The translations under genes were made by a program, and so were the position numbers. From an uncultured delta proteobacterium (GTDB lineage: Bacteria; Desulfobacterota; Desulfobacteria; Desulfobacterales; SG8-13), in the NCBI GenBank assembly GCA_963825595.1, contig CAWGUE010000031.1:2270-66269 (forward strand): DNA of 64,000 nucleotides, written 5' to 3'. The notes beneath the pieces are model-generated. The model did no database searches, was not told the DNA's origin, and was given only the letters and a program-made list of their open reading frames with translations. The stretch's first letter is position 1; the number at the start of each line of letters is the position of its first letter. Of this stretch, positions 42,422 through 51,915 are shown one piece after another.

Positions 42422-42716
42422 GTCCTTATTCAGAGGGTTAATTTCACCGCCCATTCGCTGCGCTCATTAGAGGCATAATGTTCGCAGAGAATTTTCTTTC
42501 TATTTCTTTTCGCTGAAAGGGCAAAAAGAAATAAACCACAGCCCTTACGGGCAGGAAAAGCTATATTTATTTTGCCGAAGGTATTCTGGGTTTCATTTGC
42601 CGGCGTCTCAGCGGCAAATAAAGGATGAAAATTCACTCTGCGCCCTCTGCGACTCTGCGGTGAACAAATGGTCAAATTGACAGCATAGATTACATCGTTA
42701 CCCCCTGAACAAATAC
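42422..42716. mobile_element. MITE-like insertion (295 bp)
   Basis: absent from copy 2; imperfect TIRs GTCCTTATTCAGAGGGT / ACCCCCTGAACAAATAC; 9-bp direct repeat AAAATTTTT at 42413-42421 and 42717-42725. Confidence 0.75.
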
Positions 42717-42736
42717 AAAATTTTTGATGAGAGAAC

Positions 42737-42772
42737 AAAAAAGCCCTTCAACCACCAGCGGCTTGAAGGGCT
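42737..42772 (-). terminator. intrinsic terminator (riboswitch expression platform)
   Basis: minus strand AGCCCTTCAA..TTGAAGGGCT followed by a T-tract, between aptamer and cbiK. Confidence 0.7.
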
Positions 42773-42837
42773 GCACCCAGTTTACTTAACCCTATTGTCT
42801 ATCCGTGCGGTCCCATCTTCCGAAGTTGCACGGCGTA

Positions 42838-43008
42838 TCGTCAAGGCAGGTCTTCTGGCTCCCGGATCAACCGACGATCTGCGCCTTCCCATCCCGCTGA
42901 ATCTCGAAACAGTGGTATCTGCAGATTTCGTCCCCGGTGACAGCGGCGGGACCGCTCCCGATTCACACGGGATTCCCTATTAAGCCGCAAGCGGCACCTT
43001 GATCGATG
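42838..43008 (-). ncRNA. cobalamin riboswitch
   Basis: minus strand AAGGTGCC..AATAGGGAATCCCGTGTGAATCGGGAGCGGTCCCGCCGCTGT..CCACTG..GGGAAGG..GAGCCAGAAGACCTGCC upstream of cbiK. Confidence 0.92.
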
Positions 43009-43055
43009 ACGTACTAATCATCTTATATTCTGTCAATAGGAAACCAAAAATGAGT

Positions 43056-43094
43056 TTGACAAAATTACAATCAACATATAAATAAACATTTATA
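43056..43094 (+). promoter_or_regulatory. sigma70 promoter with overlapping palindrome (candidate ArsR-type operator)
   Basis: TTGACA at 43056; TATAAAT-AAAC-ATTTATA inverted repeat at 43077-43094 over the -10. Confidence 0.55.
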
Positions 43095-43141
43095 CATTAA
43101 TAAATCGTAACGTACCTCTACGACGATGCCATTTAGGGGAG

Positions 43142-43498
43142 ATGCTCCCTGATTCAACGGAAACCATGCTTTTAGAAAAAAACAAAGACAAAAAGGATGC
43201 GCCGAATCTCCAGCATCCTGCTTTTCTTGCGAAAAGTCTCAGTGACGAAAACCGGCTGCGAATTTTGCTTTCAATCAGTGTGCACAAAAAGTCGGTGTCG
43301 TCAATTGTCGAAGAACTCGCCCTGTCACAACCGCTGGTTTCCCATCACCTTAGAGAATTAAAGCGCGCCCTATTGGTTAACATCGAACGCAACGGCCCTT
43401 TTGTATTGTATAAACTTGCCGACAAGCGCGTCATAGAAATCGTTGCCAAGTTGCAAGGTCTGGCAAATGACCTGATCGCCAACAGAACCGGTTTCTAG
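43142..43498 (+). CDS. tsoR: ArsR/SmtB family metalloregulator heading the selenoprotein operon (TsoR-like)
   Basis: KSLSDENRLRIL, LSQPLVSHHLRELK, R.G..V.Y; symbol recalled from memory and assigned by operon context. Confidence 0.85.
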   Translation: MLPDSTETMLLEKNKDKKDAPNLQHPAFLAKSLSDENRLRILLSISVHKKSVSSIVEELALSQPLVSHHLRELKRALLVNIERNGPFVLYKLADKRVIEIVAKLQGLANDLIANRTGF

Positions 43499-43595
43499 TT
43501 CGTGCCATCCACGAATGTTCGCTGGCGTTTTTCAGCGTCCAGCGTAAAAATGACCTTTTGGGATTGATCACGAAGTCTATAGGAGTCACACATAG

Positions 43596-44045
43596 ATGAA
43601 AGAGCTTGAAAGTTTGATAGACCGCATGGACCCGGAAGCGGCGATGGCCGCGATTATCGGCATCGTCAGAAAACTATTTCCTCAAGTCGGCGAATCGTCA
43701 CAGCTGAACTTCGTTTATGCCCTCACCGGCGGCGCCGAGGGAGGCAGTGCTGCCGACCTTGTGCATCTCTGACTGGCCGAGTGCATGGACGAAGGTGTCG
43801 ATCCAACGAAAATGTGCCAGAGTCTGGTAAACAAAGTCGCCCAATCGAAACAGCTTCAGGCGGTTACCGACCCTGAAATCCTTGTCTTGTTCGAGGACTG
43901 GCTGAATGAAATCGAAAATGAAGTGGTGTCATCGGTAAAGAAAACCGGCTCTGACAATCACGCCCAAATTGCCGAACAGACGGGGCTCTCCCGATCGGGT
44001 GCCAATTTCATCATTACCAAGTTGAAACGCGAAGGACGCCTTTAA
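43596..44045 (+). CDS. tsoA: LULAxC-motif selenoprotein (TsoA-like; Sec59; 149 aa)
   Basis: AGGAG RBS + ATG43596 in frame with ORF 43785; TGA 43770 gives VHL-U-LAE-C-MDEG; hairpin TGGA-CGA-AGGTG-TCG-A-TCCA follows; TGA retained in copy 2. Confidence 0.82.
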
Positions 44046-45788
44046 ATGACCACAGGATCATCGCGTTCAAGGACAATGTGGATCGCTCTGGCGGCAGTTC
44101 TGGCGACTATAGCCGCAGTCTGGAGCATTAACCTGCCGCCGGAAATCGTTAAGGCGACAATGGACGATGTGCGGGTCGAAGCCGAGAAGGGCGGCTATCG
44201 ACTCGTGGACATAGACACGCTGGCTGACCTTTATGAAACCCGCCGCGACCGGATCCTGCTTATCGATACGCGACAGCAGTGGGAATATCGCAGCGGTCAT
44301 ATTTCCGGCGCGATTGTTTTCCCAATGGAACCGACGTGGTGGGCGAGATGGCGCAAGAAGGGCGAACTGAAGGCACTCCTGGGTCCGGATAAGCAGAAAT
44401 CGATCGTCTTCTACTGAGCGGGGCTGGCATGAGTCCGCAGCGACTCGGCGGCTCGGGTAGCCGTTCAACTGGGATATCAGAACGTGTTTCGCTATCCGGA
44501 AGGGTATCCGCAGTGGCAGTCAAAAGGGTTGCCGGTAGCCGAAAGTAAGACGAAACCCCTGGCAGATGGTCCCAAATCAGACCTCGCCGGTTCTTTTACT
44601 GGCTGGCAGCTCGTCTGGACGCTCCTCGGCATTTTTGCCGGAGGGTTGGCCTTGAACTTGACCCCTTGTGTCTATCCGCTGATACCCATCACCGTTTCCT
44701 ACTTCGGCGGCAGGAGCGGCACGGGTAAAAGCGGGCTTGTCGGACACGGTATCTGCTACATCGGCGGGCTCTCCCTGACGAATTCGTTTCTGGGCGTCAT
44801 GGCCGCGCTGACCGGCGGCCTGATGGGGGCCATGCTCCAGAATCCTCTGGTGCTTGTCGCCATCGCGGCAGTGATGATCGTCTTTGCATCGAGCCTGTTC
44901 GGGTTATGGGAACTCAGGCTGCCATTCTGGCTGACCCAGGCGGCATCAAAATCATACACGGGATTATTCGGTTCTTTCTTCATGGGGATAACCCTGGGAG
45001 TCGTGGCCGCGCCCTGCATCGGCCCGTTCGTGCTGGGGTTGCTGACCTGGGTGGCCGCCCTAAGTGATCCTCTGGTGGGTTTTGTCGTCTTTTTCATCCT
45101 CAGCCTCGGATTGGGTGCACCGCTTTTCGTGTTGGCCCTTTTTTCGGGTCGGCTGACGCAACTGCCGAAATCCGGCGAATGGATGAACTGGGTCCGGCGG
45201 TTAATGGGCTGGGTTCTTGTGGCCATGGCCGCTTATTTTCTCAAACCGATCCTTCCGGTGGTCATGCAGAAGTATTTGCTGCCGGCAATCGCCATTGCGG
45301 CTGGATGGCAATTGGGATGGCTGGACAAAACCACCGCGACGTTTCGATCGTTTGCCGTGATCAAGATTTTGGTCTCCATTGTCTGCCTGGTTGCCGGCAC
45401 GTATCTGGCCGGCAACCAGTTTTTCAAAGGCCCATCGGTCAGGTGGCATCAATATTCAGATCAACTGTTGGCGGATGCAGTAGGTCAAAACAAACCGGTC
45501 ATCATCGATTTTTATGCCACCTGGTGCGCCCCCTGCCGCGAACTCGACGACATCACCTTCCATCATCCCGATGTGGTCAAATTTTCCCACGATGATTACA
45601 TCATGGTGAAAGTAGATCTGACCAAACAGGGTGATCGACAATATGACCGGTTGTTGGAGACGTACGCGGTCAAAGGGGTACCCACCGTCATTTTTTTGGA
45701 CACCTCGGGACATGAAAGGCAGGACCTACGGCTGGTCGATTTTATTGGACCGGATGCATTTTTGAATCGGATGGTTTCATTGCGGTGA
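44046..45788 (+). CDS. tsoB: rhodanese + DsbD/CcdA membrane domain + thioredoxin fusion selenoprotein (TsoB-like; Sec124, Sec129; 580 aa)
   Basis: ORFs 44046 and 44484 share a frame; SIVFY-U-AGLA-U-VRSDSAARVAVQLGYQNVFRYPEGYPQW completes the rhodanese; LTPCVYP and AAPCIGP (DsbD-beta); WCAPC (Trx). Confidence 0.88.
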
Positions 45789-45857
45789 CACCGGGCAACT
45801 GAACAATAACCCGATGAACCGAATACTGCCCGCAACCCTTACCTAAGGAGACAGCCA

Positions 45858-46175
45858 ATGCTGACCGTGCACTTTTTTCTCAACGAACCCAACGGCAAAC
45901 CGTGAAAGCATTTTAAAAAGATGATGCCCGGTCTGGGCAATACATATGACATTCGAATCGAAACGACATCCAAGCCCAAAGCGGATTACATGACGGACGC
46001 GTACTTCGAGCTCGACCTGCCTGTGGCCCCGGCCGTCATGGTGGGCGAAGAGATCGTGGTGGAAGGAGCGGATCTGGCCCAGAGTGAAATAGAGGCGGCT
46101 ATCTGTAGGCATTTGAATTTGCCGCTCCCGGAAAAGGAAGAAAAGAGGTTTTTTCGAAAAATATTCAAAGAATGA
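45858..46175 (+). CDS. tsoC: NEPxGxxU-motif thioredoxin-like selenoprotein (TsoC-like; Sec16; 105 aa)
   Basis: AAGGAG RBS + ATG45858, MLTVHFFLNEPNGKP-U-KHFKKMMPG via TGA 45903; hairpin TGCCC-GGTCT-GGGCA at 45925-45939; cis-Pro-like VAPAV. Confidence 0.88.
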
Positions 46176-46325
46176 AATGCTCGGATTGTCATTATCTATC
46201 TAGTACCCATCCACGAATATGAGATGGCACCGTTGAGTGTCCCTTAATTTTGGGATGGGAGAGGTCATTAGCGACTTCAGCGCGCAACCCATGCATAAGG
46301 CAGCCTAAGGAAAGGATTCACGGGA

Positions 46326-46628
46326 ATGGATCGTCGAAGGGTTATGGTTGAGATTGTTGCGAAAAAAAAAGGGTGTATGATGTGCGATCTTGCGATTGGC
46401 ATTCTCGAGGAAATCACTCCTGAATTCGATGCTGGGATTCTGCAGTGGCAGGTCGTCGATGTCGGTTCGCGTGAAGGGGTTGCACGCCATGCCGAACTTG
46501 GTTCCATTTGCGGGCGTATGCCGGCTGTACCTTCGATTGTGATTAACGAAGCCATCGCCTTTGACAACATACCAGACATGGCGTCCTTGACAGTGGCGGT
46601 GCGAAAGGCAAGCCACTCGAATGCTTGA
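46326..46628 (+). CDS. small thioredoxin-fold protein, CMMC
   Basis: VEIV..KGCMMCD, AVPSIVIN. Confidence 0.75.
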   Translation: MDRRRVMVEIVAKKKGCMMCDLAIGILEEITPEFDAGILQWQVVDVGSREGVARHAELGSICGRMPAVPSIVINEAIAFDNIPDMASLTVAVRKASHSNA

Positions 46629-46707
46629 ATTTTAACACTGAATAAGGGATAGATAATGCTGAAAAGATATTTTAGAAGGAAGTGAGGCAGATGTGGTATT
46701 ATGGAAT

Positions 46708-47048
46708 GTGTGCAGTGACTCACGGCCACGTGAGTAAATTTCTCATCCTGATTTTGGCAAAGGTTCTTCAGGCGAATCCAAGTACTTTCCCTGCTTGGCC
46801 AATTTTTTGCGTATGATGTGAGAAGTATACGCCCAGCGTACCGGTATGTCGGGATATTTACTTTTAACCTTGCGATCGATATTTTCGAAGGAAACTTGAG
46901 CGGATGCTTCACTTGACCCAAAAGCAACGAGGAGAATACCAACCTTCTTGGGATTTTTATGACCATGTCCACCGGAAGTGAAACTATTAACGGCAAAAAG
47001 AACGATAGCAGCAAAAACTATGACCCCGATCCATCGTTTGCTCTTCAC
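46708..47048 (-). pseudogene. cbiK: cbiK 5' fragment (duplicate, truncated and frameshifted)
   Basis: first ~94 aa nearly identical to 41486-42367, then breaks at the duplication junction. Confidence 0.85.
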
Positions 47049-47217
47049 TTTTTTCCTCCTTTATTAATGCTTTAAACTCAACGGTATTATGAAAAATTTT
47101 TTACTATGAGAGAACAAAAAAGCCCTTCAAACACTATCGGTTTGAAGGGCTGCACCCAGTTTACTTAACCCTTTTGTCTATCCGTGCGGTCCCATTCTCG
47201 CGAAGTTGCACGGTGTA

Positions 47218-47390
47218 TCGTCAAGGCAGGTCTTCTGGCTTGCGGATCAACCGACTATCTGCGCCTTCCCATCACGTTGAATCACCAAACAGTGGTGTTT
47301 GCAGATTTCGTCCCCGGTGACAGCGGCGGGACCGCTCCCGATTCACACGGGATTCCCTATCAAGCCGCAAGCGGCACCTTTGATCGATGA
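47218..47390 (-). ncRNA. cobalamin riboswitch (copy 2)
   Basis: same conserved elements as 42838-43008; terminator at 47116-47151. Confidence 0.88.
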
Positions 47391-47545
47391 CCTACTAATC
47401 ATCTTATATTCTGTCAATAGGAAACCAAAATTGAGTTTGACAAAATAACAATCAACATATAAATAAACACTTATATATTAATAAATAAAACGCGCCCATA
47501 CGACGATGCAATTTAGGGGAGATGCTCCCTGATTGAACGGAAGCC

Positions 47546-47880
47546 ATGCTTTTAGAAAAAAACAAAGACAAAAAGGATGGCGCGAATCTCCAGCATCCTG
47601 CTTTTCTTGCGAAAAGTCTCAGTGACGAAAACCGGCTGCGAATTTTGCTTTCAATCAGTGTGCACAAAAAGTCGGTGTCGTGCAATTGTCGAAGAGCTCG
47701 CCCTGTCACAACCGCTGGTTTCCCATCACCTCAGAGAATTAAAGCGCGCCCTATTGGTTAACCATCGAACGCAACGGCCCTTTTGTATTGTATAAACTTG
47801 CCGACAAGCGCGTCATGGAAATCGTTGCCAAGTTGCAAGGTCTGGCAAATGACCTGATCGCCAACAGAACCGGTTTCTAG
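47546..47880 (+). pseudogene. ArsR/TsoR-like copy 2, frameshifted
   Basis: indels near 47680-47700, 47760 and 47815 relative to copy 1. Confidence 0.75.
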
Positions 47881-47977
47881 TTCGTGCCATCCACGAATGT
47901 TCGCCGGCGCTTTTCAGCGTCCAGCGTAAAAATGGCCTTTTGGGATTGATCACGAAGTCTATAGGAGTCACAAATAG

Positions 47978-48427
47978 ATGAAAGAGCTTGAAAGTTTGAT
48001 AGATCGGATGGACCCGGAAGCGGCGATGGCCGCGCTGGCCGGCATCGTCAGAAAACTCTTTCCTCAAGTCGGCGAATCGTCACAGCTGAACTTCGTTTAC
48101 GCCCTCACCGGCGGCGCCGAGGAAGGCAGTGCTGCCGACCTTGTGCATCTCTGACTGGCCGAGTGCATGGACGAAGGTGTCGATCCAACGAAAATGTGCC
48201 AGAGTCTGGTAAACAAAGTCGCCCAATCGAAACAGCTTCAGGCGGTTACGGACCCTGAAATCCTTGTCTTGTTCGAGGACTGGCTGGATGAAATCGAAAA
48301 TGAAGTGGTGTCATCGGTAAAGAAAACCGGCTCTGACAATCACGCCCAAATTGCCGAACAGACGGGGCTCTCCCGATCGGGTGCAAATTTCATCATTACC
48401 AAGTTGAAACGCGAAGGACGCCTTTAA
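47978..48427 (+). CDS. tsoA: TsoA-like selenoprotein, copy 2 (TGA 48152)
   Basis: same frame and VHL-U-LAEC motif as copy 1. Confidence 0.8.
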
Positions 48428-50171
48428 ATGACCACAGGATCATCGCGTTCAAGGACAATGTGGATCGCCCTGGCGGCAGTTCTGGCGACTATAGCCGCAG
48501 TCTGGAGCATTAACCTGCCGCCGGAAATCGTTAAGGCGACAATGGACGATGTGCGGGTCGAAGCCGAGAAGGGCGGCTATCGACTCGTGGACATCGACAC
48601 GCTGGCTGACCTTTATGAAACCCGCCGCGACCGGATCCTGCTTATCGATACGCGACAGGAGTGGGAATATCGCAGCGGTCATATCTCCGGCGCGATTGTT
48701 TTCCCAATGGAACCGACGTGGTGGGCGAGGTGGCGCAAAAAGGGCGAACTGAAGGCACTCCTGGGTCCGGATAAGCAGAAATCGATCGTCTTCTACTGAG
48801 CGGGGCTGGCATGAGTCCGCAGCGACTCGGCGGCTCGGGTAGCCGTTCAACTGGGATACCAGAACGTGTTTCGCTATCCGGAAGGGTATCCGCAGTGGCA
48901 GTCAAAAGGGTTGCCGGTAGCCGAAAGTAAGACGAAACCCCTGGCAGATGGTCCCAAATCAGACCTCGCCGGTTCTTTTACCGGCTGGCAGCTCGTCTGG
49001 ACGCTCCTCGGCATTTTTGCCGGAGGGTTGGCCTTGAACTTGACCCCTTGTGTCTATCCGCTGATACCCATCACCGTTTCCTACTTCGGCGGCAGAAGCG
49101 GCACGGGTAAAAGCGGGCTTGTCGGACACGGTATCTGCTACATCGGCGGGCTCTCCCTGACGAATTCGTTTCTGGGCGTCATGGCCGCGCTGACCGGCGG
49201 ACTGATGGGGGCCATGCTCCAGAACCCTCTGGTGCTTGTCGCCATCGCGGCAGTGATGATCGTCTTTGCATCGAGCCTGTTCGGGTTATGGGAACTCAGG
49301 CTGCCATTCTGGCTGACCCAGGCGGCATCAAAATCATACTCGGGATTTTTCGGTTCTTTCTTCATGGGGATAACCCTGGGAGTCGTGGCCGCGCCCTGCA
49401 TCGGCCCGTTCGTGCTGGGGTTGCTGACCTGGGTGGCCGCCCTGGGTGATCCTCTGGTGGGTTTTGTCGTCTTTTTCACCCTCAGCCTCGGATTGGGTAC
49501 ACCGCTTTTCGTGTTGGCCCTTTTTTCGGGCCGGCTGACGCAACTGCCGAAATCCGGCGAATGGATGAACTGGGTCCGACGGCTAATGGGCTGGGTTCTT
49601 GTGGCCATGGCCGCTTATTTTCTCAAACCGATCCTTCCGGTGGTCATGCAGAAGTATTTGCTGCCGGCAATCGCCATAGCCGCCGGTTGCCATTTAGGAT
49701 GGCTGGACAAAACCACCGCGACGTTTCGATCGTTTGCCGTGATCAAGATTCTGGTCTGCCATTATTTGCCTGGTTGCAGGCACGTATCTGGCCGGCAACC
49801 AGTTCTTCAAAGGCCCATCGGTCAGATGGCATCAATATTCGGATCAACTGTTGGCAGATGCAGCCGGTCAAAACAAACCGGTCATCATCGATTTTTATGC
49901 CACCTGGTGCGCCCCCTGCCGCGAACTCGACGACATCACCTTCCATCATCCCGATGTGGTCAAATTTTCCCACGACGATTACATCATGGTGAAAGTAGAT
50001 CTGACCAAACAGGGTGATCGACAATATGACCGGTTGTTGGAGACGTACGCGGTCAAAGGGGTACCCACCGTCATTTTTTTGGACACCTCGGGACATGAAA
50101 GGCAGGACCTGCGGCTGGTCGATTTTATTGGACCGGATGCATTTTTGAATCGGATGGTTTCATTGCGGTGA
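48428..50171 (+). CDS. tsoB: TsoB-like selenoprotein, copy 2 (TGA 48797 and 48812; +1 frameshift near 49758)
   Basis: same U-x4-U motif; the Trx domain continues in frame 49851-50171. Confidence 0.8.
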
Positions 50172-50240
50172 CACCGGGCAACTAAACAATAACCCGATGA
50201 ACCGAATACTGCCCGCAACCCTTACCTAAGGAGACAGCCA

Positions 50241-50558
50241 ATGCTGACCGTGCACTTTTTTCTCAACGAACCCAACGGCAAACCGTGAAAGCATTTTAAA
50301 AAGATGATGCCCGGTCTGGGCAATACATATGACATTCGAATCGAAACGACATCCAAGCCCAAAGCGGATTACATGACGGACGCGTACTTCGAGCTCGACC
50401 TGCCCGTGGCCCCGGCCGTCATGGTGGGCGATGAGATCGTGGTGGAGGGGGCGGATGTGGCCCAGTATGAAATAGAGGCGGCTATCTGCAGGCATTTGAA
50501 TTTGCCGCTCCCGGAAAAGGAAGAAAAGGGTTTTTTACGAAAAATATTCAAAGAATGA
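50241..50558 (+). CDS. tsoC: TsoC-like selenoprotein, copy 2 (TGA 50286)
   Basis: same NEPNGKP-U motif and GGTCT hairpin. Confidence 0.85.
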
Positions 50559-50708
50559 AATGCCCGGATTGTCATTATCTATCTAGTGCCCATCCACGAA
50601 TATGAGATGGCACCGTTGAGTGTCCCTTAATTTTGGGATGGGAGAGGTCATTAGCGACTTCAGCGCGCAACCCATGCATAAGGCAGCCTAAGGAAAGGAT
50701 TCACGGGA

Positions 50709-51011
50709 ATGGATCGTCGAAGGGTTATGGTTGAGATTGTTGCGAAAAAAAAAGGGTGTATGATGTGCGATCTTGCGATTGGCATTCTCGAGGAAATCAC
50801 TCCTGAATTCGATGCTGGGATTCTACAGTGGCAGGTCGTCGATGTCGGTTCGCGTGAAGGGGTTGCACGCCATGCCGAACTTGGTTCCATTTGCGGGCGT
50901 ATGCCGGCTGTACCTTCGATTGTGATTAACGAAGCCATCGCCTTTGACAACATACCAGACATGGCGTCCTTGACAGTGGCGGTGCGAAAGGCAAGCCACT
51001 CGGATGCTTGA
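50709..51011 (+). CDS. small thioredoxin-fold protein CMMC, copy 2
   Basis: differs from 46326-46628 only near the C-terminus. Confidence 0.75.
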   Translation: MDRRRVMVEIVAKKKGCMMCDLAIGILEEITPEFDAGILQWQVVDVGSREGVARHAELGSICGRMPAVPSIVINEAIAFDNIPDMASLTVAVRKASHSDA

Positions 51012-51178
51012 ATTTTAACACTGAATAAGGGATACGATGAGCGACCGTCTATCCAAGATCGATGAACACATATAGAGAAATCTTTAAAACAGATCAATTT
51101 CGATACTGTGACTGTCGCGGACAGGAGATCGACTAAGCGGGAACCGGGCAGGATGACGATATCCGCGCCGGTCTAATG

Positions 51179-51229
51179 GTGGTTGTCAAAAAAACGTTCC
51201 GTTATTCGAACGTTTTTTTCTACAACCAC
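51179..51229. terminator. long hairpin between convergent units
   Basis: GTGGTTGTCAAAAAAACGTTC-N7-GAACGTTTTTTTCTACAACCAC. Confidence 0.5.
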
Positions 51230-51330
51230 TTATACCACCCTTCCGTATTTCGGAATTTAATTCTTAAAAGCGGTATAAATGGCCGATGCCGCGATTCGAA
51301 GCGGGGGAGGCGGTTAGGATTTTAGGTGAT

Positions 51331-51504
51331 TAGAAGTGGTTTCAAAACCTTAGATCACGCCCAAGGACAAGGCGTGGGCCGACGAAAAAACGCAGCATAC
51401 ATGAGGGTATGTCTTTATTGTCAGGGGAAGGGCCCCCTGACAATGACCGAAGAGGACCACAAAACCGCAATTGGGTGTTAGATGGGGTTTTGAAACCACT
51501 TCTA
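51331..51504. mobile_element. MITE-like element (174 bp)
   Basis: perfect 19-bp terminal inverted repeats TAGAAGTGGTTTCAAAACC / GGTTTTGAAACCACTTCTA, no transposase. Confidence 0.7.
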
Positions 51505-51915
51505 TTCTATTTGTCCGTCCATCTCAACCAGATTGCTGCAGCAAGGCCCCAAATTGCATTGAAAACAATTACCAATAAAGGTGTGAGCAGGCCAAGATCT
51601 AGTCCCATAACTCCCTTTGCCTGCTTTGATGGGAAAGACAATGAAAAGCTGAACGATGGTCGGCCCTAAGCTGAAAATCAAACCTCTGTATAAAAACCGT
51701 TTTTCCATGAGTGGGAGCAAAAATAACACACCCCAAATCCCTCCCCAGACAATGCGAGGATACAACCAAGTGGCGGAGAGTTGAGGCGCAATCTTTACCC
51801 CAAATGCAGAAGTAATCCCTATTTCTCCGAATATCCAAACAGCCAAACTGTTTAAAAGGCCACCGATGCAGCCCGCGGCAAATACGAGACTGAGTTTCTT
51901 TGCGAGATTTTTCAT
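51502..51915 (-). CDS. hypothetical membrane protein (frameshift near 51610)
   Basis: GGAGG RBS; TM-rich, WLYPRIVWGGIWG; hydrophobic C-terminus GLDLGLLTPLLVIVFNAIWG in the alternative frame. Confidence 0.7.
   Translation of the reverse strand: MKNLAKKLSLVFAAGCIGGLLNSLAVWIFGEIGITSAFGVKIAPQLSATWLYPRIVWGGIWGVLFLLPLMEKRFLYRGLIFSLGPTIVQLFIVFPIKAGKGSYGTRSWPAHTFIGNCFQCNLGPCCSNLVEMDGQIE

Larger units (their letters stand above)
42024..46651. repeat. tandem duplication, copy 1 (5' cbiK-riboswitch-tso operon)
   Basis: near-identical to 46708-51034 (offset 4382 nt across the operon, e.g. 43785 vs 48167). Confidence 0.9.
46708..51034. repeat. tandem duplication, copy 2
   Basis: copy of 42024-46651 lacking the MITE, with scattered substitutions and indels. 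Confidence 0.9.

Noticed and set aside
42795-42983. ORFs 42795-42983 and 47184-47390 (+)
   Set aside because: They are antisense to the cobalamin riboswitch and therefore spurious.
46277-47014. 245-aa minus-strand ORF
   Set aside because: It is a chimera of an off-frame cbiK fragment, the duplication junction and the antisense of the CMMC gene.
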